NCBI RefSeq assembly: GCF_035084215.1
Contig: NC_090357.1
Coordinates: forward strand, 12,462,001-12,526,000
Length of the DNA stretch: 64,000 nt
Source of the DNA: Heptranchias perlo
Lineage: Eukaryota
Direction of reading: 5' to 3'
Positions 24,757 to 37,667 of this stretch are shown one piece after another. The translations under genes were made by a program, and so were the position numbers. Positions within the stretch are counted from its first letter, which is position 1; each line of letters starts with the position of its first letter. The notes under the pieces are model-generated. The model saw only the letters and a list, made by a program, of their open reading frames with translations, was not told where the DNA came from and did no database searches.

Positions 24757-26229
24757 CCGAAGATGCATATCTGAGGGGGTCCACAAGGTAGGTAAATGCG
24801 TCTGGACACCGGGGTAAGTGTGCAAGTTGGTGAGTTTTATTGTTAGGAGGAGGGTGGTGGAGGCCAAACTTTGTCCAAGGTGACAGAGTGGCCTCCTGCA
24901 ATGAGTGAGGGTCTCCCCCCTCCACCTGTCAAATGGACCTTTGCAGCTTCCACAGGCTGATGGCTGCAACACGTCCATTTCAACTGGGAGTGTTTCCCTC
25001 AGTGTGGGAAACAGTCCCAGTTGTTTGCAAAATCCCAACCCTCCTAAAATATCATGTTAATCAGGTCTCTAAACGACCTGAAATACCTAAATAAATACCT
25101 TAAGTGGCACCCTGCCGGCTTTAATTGCCAGTGGGAGTCCCACATGCGGGGGCTGCGCGCGCATGTCAGCGCGTCACTGGGGAACCCGGAAATGGGGTGG
25201 GTTGGAGCCGGGCTCCCGACCCACCCCGGGAATCCCAGATTTACGTAGCCCCCCCCCCCCCCCCCCCCGCCAGGAACGCACCCGATTGTGGGTGCTAAAA
25301 TCGAGCCCTAGGTCACAGTTCATTGGAAGTATTAGCAGCGCATTATGGATAGTGCACTGTTTCTACCACAGATGACGAGGGTTGGTGATTTCTCACAAGT
25401 ATTGTGACTAGATTAACTGGATAGCTCGATGTGAACTGCCACTTTACCCAGTCAACTTGCATAATTTAATGTAATATCACAATGTTGGTATGCATCTAGA
25501 TTTTATTTGACCACATGCTACCACTGGAAAACCCAGTGAAGCAGTTCAGTGTTCTAGATTTGTGGTGGGAGTATTGAATTACTGACACCTGCCAACGATG
25601 GCTTAGGTGTCCTCTGCAAAATTATCGTAGACCTCCTAGCTTACATAGAACTGTCCAAATGGCCAAGTCACATTGGACCTCCAATGCACTGTTCAGATTC
25701 TTATCTAATCCAGTACCTTGAAGGTATTTGAACAAGTAGATTAGATAACAGCTTTAACTTACTTTCTGATATCTATTTTTACTTCTTGCAGTGCTGTGTA
25801 GACAATTATTAATTTGGGTGTTGCTGGGATCTATGGCCTACCCATTGAGTATTCTCATTCTAGTATTCTTATTCCATTTTTGATATGTCAGAGATTTTCA
25901 AGTTTGCAGCTATTACATGACCATATCAATTTTAACATCCAAGATTTCTGGACAAAAGACGTCTAGTTCTCAGCCAATGAAAACCAGTTTTTTGAAACTT
26001 GCTCCCATCTTGAAACCAGAGGGCCTGAAAGGAAGAAGCAAAAAAAAGGATAACATTTTAAAGTTCTTTTTAAAGTTAGAAAAGTTCAAAAATAAATAGA
26101 AAGTGAAATTGATAAAATAGGCCAGAGATAGATGGAAAACAAGAAAATAGGAGGAACAAGTGATGAAAGGGTTAGGAGAATTAAATATTTTTTATTTTTT
26201 ATTTTTATTAAAATTGTGTATTTAAACTT

Positions 26230-27100
26230 TTGGGGGTGACTTTCTGTGGGGCTTCTTCCAATCTCTCGGCATAATGTCAGCAGAAGGTTGGAGGAAACCC
26301 TGGAGAAATGGCGTCACTGGCCATTTTTAGCTGTCCACGCCAATTCCCTGGAATTTCGCCGATCTTCTGTTGAAGTTACAATAGTAGCTTTGCGAAGGGT
26401 TAGTTGTGCAAGTGTTGCTTTAAGAGGGTGAAGAGTGTGCTGGTGCCCAGGGTGAGCAAGGAAGAAAAGGAGACAGCCCAGTGTGTTACTCTGCCAGCCC
26501 TGGTGAGGTCACTGAATTTTTGTGGCACTGTTCTGCAGTCCAGGGGGTGAGGGATTTGGCACTGCCAGTGCCACTTCCCTCCAGGCAGCATGAGTTACAT
26601 TCCTGGCAGACTGTTTGGCACTCACACCCAGGAGTCAGTGCCTCCTGCCTTCAATCTCCTCGAAAGAGGGCTTGGAGCAGTGAAGTTGTGTTGTTCTTCT
26701 CCTGGATGTAGCTCTGCCCTACTGCCCTCTGGGTGCAGACAATGTCTGAATAGTTGCAATTCTGTACAAGTATAATAAAAATATTGTTAAGACATGCAGT
26801 GAAGTTATTTGAGAATGAAGTGAACAAGCCAAGCACTCTTCCTCTTACCTGTTTGTCCCCACAGTCTGCTGAAGAGTGCACGCTGAACTGTCTTTTTAAA
26901 GGCTGCACTGAAGTTTCCAGAAAGTTCAGTTGTTTACACCCATTTTACACTGGTTTTACGCCAATGACTCCACCAATGAGAATACAAATAAGCAGACCTT
27001 GGAATGCCATGTGTAACTCCCCCAGCAGGGCACCGGCAGACTTGCATTTTTTTTTAAAGAGGCAACAGAGGCGTAACTCATTTTGAGGAAATTCTAGGGC
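26230..27100. mobile_element. Old DNA-transposon-like remnant
   Basis: CpG-enriched ends (gaaatggcgt...ggcgtaact...gaaattctaggg); no clean TIR. Confidence 0.3.
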
Positions 27101-27489
27101 ATTCTTTTTAAACGCTTCTATGATTTTACTATAGGAAAAGGATTGTGAGTTTTATTTCTCTGCAAACCTTCAGGTTTTACCAGACTCTGTATGGATGATT
27201 TAAAGTTAATACCGTTGGAAGCTAATAAATGCATAATGAATTTGCCGAGATGTTTTATATTTGGATTGGATTAATGATTTAAGTAGTAATTCTAAATAAC
27301 AGGAGTGAACAGCAATAGTATATTAAAATTCATGCATTGATCAGCTTTGTTTGCCCAGAGTCCTCTGTTCTGTCCTGGAGTCATTTGCATTTCTTTTGGT
27401 ATTCTATGAAGGAGTCGATGGGTATTTCTAGAAGACCATCCTTCCTCTCTCAGTCTGAACAACTGGATAACTCCTGAGTAATGCTCATC

Positions 27490-28520
27490 AGGCCATTACT
27501 CAAGAAATGTATAGTGCTGTGGTAAGGCTGCACCTTGAACTTGTATTCAGTGCTGGTCACAAGGGGAAATACGAACATATGAATTAAGAGCAGAAGCAGG
27601 CCATTCGGCCCCTCGAGCCTGCTCTGCCATTTGATACGATTGTGGCTGATCTAATTGTGACCTCAACCCTACTATCTCGTCTACCTACTATAACCTTTGA
27701 CTCCCTTGTTAATCAGGAATCCATCTAACTCAGCTTTAAAAATATTCAATGACCCTGCCTCCACCGCTCTCTGGGGGAGTTCCACAGACTCACGACCCTC
27801 CGAGAGAAAAAAATTCTTCTCATCTCCATCTTAAATGGGAGACCCCTTACTTTTAAACTGTGGCCCCTAGTTCTAGTCTCTCCCACAAGGGGAAACATCC
27901 CCTCAGCATCTACCCCTTCTAGTTCCCTCAGGATCTTATATGTTTCAATAAGATCGCCTCTCATTCTTCGAAACTCTAGTGTATACAGGCCCAACTTGTC
28001 CAACCTTTCCTCATAAGATAACCCCCTCATCCCAGGAATCAGTTGAACCTTCTCTGAACTGCCTCCAAAGCAATTATGTCCTTTCTTAAATAAGGAGACC
28101 AAAACTGCACACTGTATTCTAGATGTGGTCTCACCAATGCCCTGTACAACTGTAGCACTACATCTCTACTTTTATATTCCATTCCCCTTGCAATAAATGA
28201 TAACATTTGAAATATCCAAGCCCTGGAAGTGGTGCAGAGAAGGGCCATGAGTCTGATCCCTACTGTCAGAAGTGAATGAGAGAAAACCTTATAGAGGTAT
28301 ATAAGGTACTACGTGGAATAGAAAAGATTAAGCCTGAACACTATTTCAAGTTAATCTATAACAGCAGGACATGGGTAGCTCTAATATCTGGAATGATGTT
28401 TCAGGTAGGATTGTGGAGGCATTCAAAAGACAATTGGATGCTGTGATGGGAAGATCATAGGTTTCTATGGAAGGATGAACTGGAGGGGCCGAATGTTTTC
28501 CCTCATCTCTACTTAACTGT
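27490..28520 (+). mobile_element. Old CR1 fragment interrupted by a minus-strand CR1
   Basis: YSAVVRLHLE remnant on the left; [11 protein letters not shown] and LIEVYKVL on the right. Confidence 0.6.
27572..28208 (-). mobile_element. CR1 LINE 3' fragment
   Basis: [11 protein letters not shown]...[11 protein letters not shown]...ETRTRGH plus 3' UTR; candidate gaaata TSD at 27566-27571 and 28209-28214. Confidence 0.9.
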
Positions 28521-28699
28521 GTGATTTTTTTTGGGGTAACATCATGACTGAATTGTGCAGGGTATTTCACAATAAATAAAAATAAAAATGTCGCAGCCAG
28601 TTATTCTGCAGTCAATTGTCTTTTTAGAAAATGTTTTTTTTGGATGAATATTTGCTATCGTCTTCAGGATTCTAAGTGCTAAGGAATGGTCCAGATTAA

Positions 28700-29045
28700 C
28701 GTGGGTTAGACACAGGTTAAACGTCCCTTTCCCTGCTCCAAAAATGTTTCAACCCCTCCCTCCCAGGAGAGTATCCACTATTGCAACAGTGTGACATTAT
28801 CATTTCACTTACCAGCCTTGCTAAGTGATGCTGACAAGTTAGTGCCAATTTGCACTGAATTGTGGGCAGTTTTCTGCTATAGTTTTAAGACTATGGAGAT
28901 CTAGAATGATATCAAGACCGAGACTGTGAACCCAGTTCCTCTCTGACCCTTACAGCTAAGAGAAAGGAGACTTTTATCCCATCAGCCTTAAGCAGAGTCA
29001 AACCAAAATACCAACGCTGAAAACACACTGCCACCTAATCCCCAT
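28700..29045 (-). mobile_element. Old SINE, LF-SINE-like
   Basis: Minus strand contains aaattggcactaa and ggagcaggga...; paralogous to 46237-46565. Confidence 0.4.
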
Positions 29046-30109
29046 ATTTCAACATTTGTAAAGTTACTTTTAATTTAATCTGAGTGAGGACTGCATTATA
29101 AGCCTGTAGGGCAGTTTAATTCTCCCAATAGTCATGCGAGGCAGCTTTATCCTCTCCTGAGAGGTGTTTAACCGCCATATGGAAAATGCTTTAAGGAAGA
29201 ATTTAAGTTGAACAACACGGCTGTTACCATAACAAAGATAATATTGTTTTATTATTCTATTTACAAGTCTGAATTTGACTCCAAAATGTGGAACTCATTC
29301 GTAATCAAATGTTTCAGCTACTAATTAGTCATGGAGCGAAACCTTCTCGCTAGCTCAATAACCAACAATTAAATGATCTTATCTAATGAGTTCCATATTT
29401 TGGAGTGAAACACAGACATCGTAAATGCCAGTATTGAGCAGGGGATAGCCATGTGCCCTTGCCAGTAGTTTCCAGGAAAGCATCCTATGGACCCACTTGT
29501 TTCTCTAGCTGCTAATGTCATATATGCTGGATTATTTAACCCTATAAGGATGAGTGATCTATTTTATTTTGGTGCAGAAGTACTATGTACAACATTGCAG
29601 TTTGCTTGTGTGAATATAACAGATATTGGGCAGCTGTCAATGAGTTAAAAGGGTGGCTCCAGTGGGGAGCCGTGCTCGACAGGACCACGGGTCACAGAGT
29701 CAGGATTGCAGTGTTGTAGCCCTGCCTCTGGACCATGCTCCCAGCAGGTGCGGCTTCCCTGCTGGGAGAACGGGATGGCTGTATCACCCCCTGCACAACA
29801 GTAATCTCCTCGAAGGATTCAGATAACGTAAGCTGCAGGACTGAATCTCAGGTGACTTATGTTTCTGATCTGAACCCTATGTTTGGATTGTCTGGAACAC
29901 TGCAGATCAGTCAACATGTAAAAGAGAAAGATAGGTCTAATGTTTTGGGTGTATCTCCCAATGAAGGATGTCACCTGAAATATTTACCGATCTTGCTCTT
30001 TCGCATATCACTATCCTCTGCTGCAGTTCTAGCATTTACTATTTTTAACATTTCCAGCATTTGTTGCATTTAAAAAAATGTACCCTTATGAGAGGATTGC
30101 TGCTTTATA

Positions 30110-30500
30110 TTTTTTTCTTATTTATTCTTGGGATATGGGCATCACTGGCATTTATTGCCCATACCAAGTTGCACTGAGAAGAGGGTGGTGTGCCTTCTTC
30201 TGTAGCAGCTCGATACAACTGAGTGGTTTGCTAGATCACTTCATAGAGCAGTTAAGAGTCAACTACGTTGGTGTGGGATTGGAGTCATGCTAGACTGGGT
30301 AAGGACAGCAGATTTCTTTCCCTAAAGGACATTAGTGAACCATTTGGGTTTTTACAGCTTTATGGTCACTTCTACTGATTTTTTTTTTACTGACGTTTCC
30401 CAGATATTTTTAAACTGAATTCTTAAACCGCCATGGTGGGATTGGAGCTCATGTTCTCTGGATTACTAGTCCAGTAACATAATCATTATACTACGGTACC
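30110..30500 (-). mobile_element. tRNA-derived SINE carrying the LINE family B tail
   Basis: Minus-strand head gttactggactagtaatccagag...ccaatcccaccatgg; gttgactcttaactgc core shared with 54640-54822. Confidence 0.7.
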
Positions 30501-32312
30501 CAATTTGTGGACAAGCGTTCATTATTATTAATAGGTCGTAAAGTTTTGGTAATTTGCAAGCAATAACATTGACAATATCACAGTTATATTTACTTAAAGC
30601 ATTCCTACAAGTTACAGGGCCTCTCAGGATATGAGTTTCCTGGGGTAGGGCCTCACATTCGTTTTGATAGTGAATTACAAAAAACTGACTCTGCTCGATT
30701 TAATTTAAGAAACTCTTTTATTCTTCCAGATTTGTTATTTAATTTGTGATCCACTCCTCCTTTTCAGCTTCCCCAATTTGTTTCGTTTGTCAGGTGGGAA
30801 GAGGAGATAGTTAAAGTTTTCAACCTTTTAACGGGCAGTATTAATGTAGCTGAATGATCATCTGACTGGAGAAATGTTTCTGTAAGACGGAATAATTCTG
30901 CCAGTTCTTCTCTTTCCTCCCTTTGCCCCATGCGAAACAACACTCGAGCATCTATCCAGTTCACCATTGTTCAATCTAGAACTGTGGAGCATCTAATCAG
31001 TGACGAGGCGTTCAACAATGTTGGAGGCTCAGAGCTGGAATAAATCACTGAATCATGGGCTTCTGGCAGTTGAACAAATGTTTCTGTTCTTGTCCTTGCA
31101 AGTCTGCTGTTTCTTTGCAGCGGCAGATAGTGCATGTCTGTTTCTATGTTAGTTGTTCTCAAATGCCAAAATCCTTTCGCTCAGATAAATATCTCTCAAC
31201 TAAAATACAAAAAAAATCTGCCACAGTGAAATATCCAAACACACTTCATGCAGGCAAAAACGGATACTGAGCTGTAGTAGGAGAAAAATTCCTGCTGTCT
31301 TCAATTTTAACCTGCTCTTCTGCGCAGGCGGCAAGGATGCCCATCTGAAATTGGCGGGGTCCTTCCTTAAATACGCAGATTGGGCTCTGATGACATCATC
31401 TTTGGAAAAGATGGAGCTAAGAAAGTAATGACTTAACAAATTGACTTCTTTAGCTCATACTTGTGAAAAGGTAGAAGGAAAAGTAGGCCATTCAATCCAT
31501 CTAGCTGGCCTAGTTACTTAGGGCAATGTAAAGAACCCAGTCAGACTTTCTACATCTTGTGTCAGTGAGTCAGAAATGTGCCCATTTCTCTCTTTGATTG
31601 CTATTCTATTCTTTATTCCTTTAGATAATGCAACTCAAGGTTTCCTCGGTTTATAACTATGTTCTCTAGTTCAATGTCCTTGGTTCAGCACAGAGAACAT
31701 CTCTATGTAACATTTTCACATGTGTCTCTCCTTCATGATTCACAAGAATTTGTGTTTTTAAAATTTTTTAATTTTGTTGCAACAAATCAACTGCAATTCT
31801 CAAAGGGTTAAAGATAAAGATTAATGCCTTACAGCTGTTAATTGAACAAAAAATTGGGTCTCTCTTCTGTCATTTTTTTTCAAAGAGAACAAATTTAGCT
31901 CTGAAATTGATTTTTATTATTGAATCACCAATAGATGAATGGTCAAGGCCGTCAGGACACCAGCAAAGGCGAAAAGAATAGAAGAGAAGACAGGATAAAT
32001 CAGGAATTAGTGATTAGGTGATGCCAAGTTTGGGTTTTAAAAGCCTGGAGGATATAAGAAGGAAGATGTAAATAGTTTTGTCACACTATGGGGCATGGCA
32101 GTTTCAATCTACAGTAGAATTTTACTGCATCAAAATAAATAATAAATGATGACACACATGATCATGAATTAAGAAACATTCTGTAGCTTTGTATATTTTT
32201 CTGGCATTTTCAATCTTTTTTTCCCAATTTTTTTTTGGATGAAAGTGAGGCATGTTGAGGAATGGAACCCATCCCACTTTTCAGTTGCTGGCTGCATCCA
32301 GCACTCGTGCCT

Positions 32313-32536
32313 TAGCCCAGATTTTCTGATCAGTCGAATGAATTGGGCAGATCCAATTGGTAAACTGGGCAGAGATCCATAAACCTAGATCTCCGCCCAC
32401 CTTATGGCATGCGCCAATATATCGGAGGATCCTCATTTAAATGTCATTAGGGATTTCCCTGCATGCCATTGCCTGACTTTTGTGTGTGCAAACCACCCAT
32501 TCATAATTACACCCGTGTGAAATGGACATCTAGGGT
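32313..32536. mobile_element. MITE-like remnant
   Basis: Weak TIR (cccagattttc / gacatctaggg); ctcatttaaat core. Confidence 0.3.
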
Positions 32537-32698
32537 TCCTAAGTAAAGATAAATAGATAGAAGTTCACTGAAGGGACTAAGTAATGTTAAGGTAAGTGTA
32601 CATCAGCCATTTTTTGACCATTTTTCTTCACTTCTTTCTTTGTTGGTACTCTTTACTGATTGAGCTGTCTTTTTTGTCACCAGCATCATCACTATATT

Positions 32699-33144
32699 AA
32701 AAAAAAAGACTTGCATTTATATAGCACCTTTCATGACCTCAGGACATCTCAAAGCGCTTTACAGCCAATGAAGCACTTTTTTGTAGGAAACACAGCAACC
32801 AATTTGCACACAGCAAGATCCCACAAACAGCAATGTGATAATGACCAGATAACCTGTTTTAGTGATGTTAGTTGAGTGATAAATATTGGCCAGGACACCG
32901 GCAATAACTCCTCTGCTCTTCTTCCAATAGTGCCATGGGATTTTTTATGTCCACCTGAGAGAGCAAATGGGGCCTCGGGTTAACTTCTCATCTGAAAGAC
33001 GGTTCCTCCGACAGTGCAGCACTCCCTCAGTACTGCACTGGAGTGTCAGCCTAGGTTATGGGCTCAAGTCTCTGGAATGGGACTTGTACCCACAGCATTC
33101 TGACTCAGAGACGAGAGTGCTACCACTGAGTCACAGCTGACACT
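32699..33144 (-). mobile_element. Deu-domain SINE (SacSINE1-like), full length
   Basis: tRNA head, Deu core gtgctgcactgtcggagg...tcccatggcactatt...gtcctggccaatattt, and L2-type tail aaggtgctatataaatgcaagtc. Confidence 0.85.
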
Positions 33145-34919
33145 GCATCACTGCCACCAACAGCTCCCTGATGGGAATCTGCATATGTTTGATATGTTTG
33201 GAGGAAGAAGATCATCAACAGACTGTTCCTAAGCAGGTCAAGCTGTACAAGAGGTGTTCTGTTCCCACCGGTTACTACCAATACGGCCGTATCTACATAC
33301 AGAGGTTCAAATACCTCGCTTTGCCAGAAGTTCTATTTGCAAAGGATGCTGTGTTAGCAGATAGCACAAAAAAGACATGTGAAAGTCTGACCAACTGGAT
33401 GCTTTGTTGGAACTACCCCCAATCACAGTACATCATGCTTGCAGGGGTACTGCATGTAAGAAGGCATGCCAGGGTGATTAACAGCCAGTATAGCCAGATT
33501 AACCAGCAACCATAGGTGCAGATATTCTTGCATTGACCATCTGTCTTCACAGGGTCGAGGTCAACAGAGAGGCGCGTGCAGAGTTATGCCGCCCACTGTT
33601 AGGACGCCTGCAGCAACCGTAGAAGGGAGGGCTGGCACAACCAGTGAACAGTACCAGTTGCAGCCTGAAACTTGCTTACACCTCTTTGTGGGCATCCTGC
33701 ATTACTGACCTATGGTTATGGTGCCATGGAGTGGTAAATCAGACAACCCCCTCACAGAGACCTCATCCAACACTTCAGCAGCCATCAAACAGGGGATTGA
33801 GTGATGGGCTGCTCCATCACTTGGCTACAGAATCATGCCTTTCATTTCCTTTCCCTTAATTTTTGCCTGCTACTTTTTTTTTCCACTCTCCCCTTTCAAC
33901 CTGTCTGCCAGTGGGTTGAAATACCTTTATCAGCTGTTCCTAATATTGTAAAGATTTTTGATTCCTTATTCTGAACTTTCCCTTTAATTGTCTGCGTTCC
34001 CATTAAATTTCACTTACATGCGATCTTCTGCTCCCACGCTCAGTGTGCCCCTTGCGCCTGTCCAAATCTATACCTGAGGCTATGCACAATTATCATAATG
34101 AGCTGACCACAGAAAATTGAGTGCAAGCTACACACCTTTACTTCTGGTTAGTGTAACAGCTGGTTCAAACCATCCTGATGTAAACTGGGCCCATGTTGGA
34201 AAATCTAAGTTATTGCATTTTTTTTCTAGGTTTTATTTTGCATTAAAATATTCCGAGTTTAAAAAATAATTTTTTTTTTGTTCCAATTGCCTCTTTTATT
34301 TCAGAAAAGTTTACCCCTCTGACAACACCAGAAAGAGAGCTTCTATTAAAGTGAAGGACCTTGGGTTGAGTTCAAAAGGCAAGGGCTCTCCTCCACTAAT
34401 TGTAATTAAAACAATTTCCAGATTATGTTATCGCAGCAATATGTAAACGAAATGATTTTCACTAAACTGTTTTTTCCGTGAAATGTGATTATGGTTACGC
34501 AGAACTCGATTCCCATTTCTTATTTGCTGAGCAGACAGCATTTTCCATATTGAGAGACTTCACAGTTGAATTCTCAATTCAAGAAAAAGCCATTATTGCA
34601 AAACTAGATATTACAAATACTTATCATGTCATTCTCTCATCCCCAAGGTTTTTTACAGTCCCAACAGGATATGCATTAAAATGATTAAAATATCTTGAGT
34701 GAAACATTTCTTTTCTGCAAATGAGGCAGCTTTTCCACACAAGGAGCCTACAGAGTGTGAGTCACACTCTCTGTTACAACACAAAACAATTTAAGCGGAC
34801 AGTGTATGATTAATGATGTGGGAAGATCTCCATGTTTTGTCTTTGTTTTGAGAAGGGTCTGTTATGTGGTTTTGTGATCGATCCAGTGTGTGTTTGGATT
34901 CGGGTCATCTCATTTCAAA

Positions 34920-35120
34920 ACAAAAGTCATAAGCTAAATCTGGTGAAAGGATAATTTAGGACTAATGTCATGAAGAACTTCTTCAAGCAATGAGTGATCA
35001 ACATTTGGAATGGTCTTCCATGTTTGGTAGTGGAGGTGAAAAGCTTAGAATCATTCACGGTCCAGTTAGGTGACGTGATGGGAGAGACTGGAAGCAATTT
35101 TTTCCCAGACGATTGAGCTA
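34920..35120 (+). mobile_element. Very old CR1 3' remnant
   Basis: tttaggactaatgtcatgaagaacttcttcaagcaatgagtgatcaacatttggaat, resembling FR...RKNFF.QRV...WN. Confidence 0.5.
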
Positions 35121-35991
35121 AGATTTCCTCTCTCGTCTTGCAATTTGATGGTTTTCCCTTTTTTGGATTTGCTTTTGTCCCGATAAAGGCGAGAGGATAT
35201 GCTGGGATCAGTCATATTTCACCCCTGGTCTGTGCTAGATTAGCTGACAGGGTAGTGAAAGCACATTAGAATTAGCCTTAATGTCCCTGGTAAGGGAAGG
35301 GGAAAAAATTAACTAGGATTCCCACTCCTGATCATTACCCAACAACCACTGTTGGAAAATGTATATGTGTGAGAGAAAGAGAGAGACGGGAGGGGACAGG
35401 TTGTTGAATAAGGATGGAGTACGTTTGGCAGTGATTCCATTCCCAACTGTCAAATACCCCACATTCTAGGCATGTGAAGAACGGCTGCTTGGGTGAGCTA
35501 ACAGTGTTGTGAGTGCCTGTGAAAGCATATGGCAGTAAAAGTTAGCACCTTCATTGTAGGGAGGGAGAAAATTAGGATGGGAGGGAGAAAATTAGGGTGC
35601 AGAAATCTATCAACTGGTAAAGGACTGACATTATATTACATGTTCGTTCGCATGTTTTAGAAAAGATAAATGGTGTGTGCAAAATGTGGAGAAAGTTCTA
35701 GGAGTTGGATAGAGGTCTGGGACAAATTCATATCCTTTTTTAAAAATATCATTAAAACAGACACTGAGATCTTTTAGGAAATTTAGACTGAATGAGAACC
35801 TTGTGTTTTGTCAAAAATGAGCAAAATATTCTGTTCTAATTATTTTCTAAAATTAACGAAAATACATGAGGCACTGTTAAATGGAACATTTCTTATGTGA
35901 TGCCAATCTTCAAAGTAGAATATTTGGTGCACATTCCTATTATGTGGTTTGTACAGTAACTAAAGCACTAAGTTCTACAAAAGTGGCAGAC

Positions 35992-36849
35992 ATTGCACAA
36001 CATGATGTCACGCCATGTGTCTTGAAAGCTAGCTTTTATTCAGATATTCAGAATAACTCCACATTTCACTGATAGGGTATAGCACACTCAGTAAAACCTG
36101 ATCCTATTGATTGTATTGATACTGTACGGTTCATATATACCTCTGTGTAAGCTCCTACAAGTACATTCAGATGTGTTCCCACCATAACAGAGGTGCAGAT
36201 ACTGAAGACCAGGATAAACTGGTGATGGAGGAGCCACTGATAAAAAGAAGAAAAAAACATAAAGTTCTTATTTACAATCTCCTCTTTCACGTCCTGCAAT
36301 ACTGAGGAAAACATGAGCCAATCCTATTTCTTTACCAACTGCAGTGGAAGCCAGAATTAGGCCAATAATCTCATCTCGAGATTGATTGAGAATTTACACT
36401 GTATTTTTTAGTGGCCTCTTGTATGATTCATTAATAGATCCAAGGTTTAGTGTCTATTGGGTTAAATTTGCTTTGTGGAAACGGTAGTGAACATGTTAAC
36501 GTATCTGTATGAAACTTCTGTGTCTGCTATTTTAACAAAGGTGTTAATCCTTTTAAAGCAACACATCCAATTCTATTATTGCACAACATGATGTCACGCC
36601 ATGTGTCTTGAAAGCTAGCTTTTATTCAGATATTCAGAATAACTCCACATTTCACTGATAGGGTATAGCACACTCAGTAAAACCTGATCCTATTGATTGT
36701 ATTGATACTGTACGGTTCATATATACCTCTGTGTAAGCTCCTACAAGTACATTCAGATGTGTTCCCACCATAACAGAGGTGCAGATACTGAAGACCAGGA
36801 TAAACTGGTGATGGAGGAGCCACTGATAAAAAGAAGAAAAAAACATAAA
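35992..36849. repeat. 272-bp direct duplication (35992-36263 and 36578-36849)
   Basis: The two copies appear identical by eye, offset by 586 bp with a 314-bp unique spacer; the ORF track gives the same peptide twice. Confidence 0.95.
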
Positions 36850-37667
36850 TGTTAGAAATCAGAAATAAAAATAAATACGGCAGAAATACAACAGATCATC
36901 TGAAAGAAGTAGATACATTAATGTTTTGTATGGAATCCTCCATCAGAGGACAGAAGACCCTCTGGCAGGGCTTGTGTTCATTTGGCTAGAACTTCAGAAA
37001 TATGTCAGCATCTGTATAAACAGTGAACACCATATGTACAAATGTGAGATGTCTCCTTTATAGAATTGGTTTCTACATGATACTAGCCTCCATGCCAATT
37101 TTAATGTGTTGTGTAAGTGGATACTGGCGCAGAGATGATCTGATCAGATTCTGGTTGATTTGTTTTGGCTTTATCATTTTTGATATGTGTTTTTTGCTTC
37201 TTGTCCCTCTCAAGAGAGCAGAGGCAGAATGTACGATGCAATTAGGGAACTGCATTGTACTGAACACCAGATCAAATGGATGATCTCGCATCGTCTGTGC
37301 TCCTGCTGTCAAGTGGGACAAAAATAGCCACAGTTGCCCCCAAATTGCTGCTGTCACCCTCTCTTAGCCAATGCACAATCCTGCACAACAGCCTCTCAGC
37401 TGCCTGTCCGTGCACATGCACAAGAACTGGAAAAATGAAATCCTGAGTGAAAGTAAAACACAGAAAAATAAATCTTTGGAGGCAGTATTGAAATTAACGT
37501 GACATTCCATGTGTGTGTGGAGTTGATGGTAAGGGGTAAAGATTCCTCTCGTTGCTGGCAATGTGGTTTACAAAAAGTCAAATATACAGTATGACCAAAA
37601 CAGTTAGTGCAAAGTAAATTTCTTCACCACTTTTCTAATGAATGTGTGTACAAATATTGTAAATATA

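Larger units (their letters stand above)
23242..25308. mobile_element. PIF/Harbinger DNA transposon, internally deleted (non-autonomous)
   Basis: TIR GGGCCCGATATTACCA vs reverse complement of the right end GGGCTCGATTTTAGCA (13/16); TAG TSD at 23239-23241 and 25309-25311; Myb and transposase remnants inside. Confidence 0.9.

Noticed and set aside
24280-25038. 252-aa ORF as domesticated HARBI1
   Set aside because: It lacks the DDE catalytic domain and sits inside a TSD-flanked transposon
33060-33144. tRNA genes at SINE heads (also ~8752-8820 and ~40349-40410)
   Set aside because: A/B-box-like motifs run directly into SINE bodies and no complete cloverleaf is evident
36066-36846. Duplicated hydrophobic ORF as tandem genes
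   Set aside because: A by-product of the 272-bp duplication; no recognisable domain
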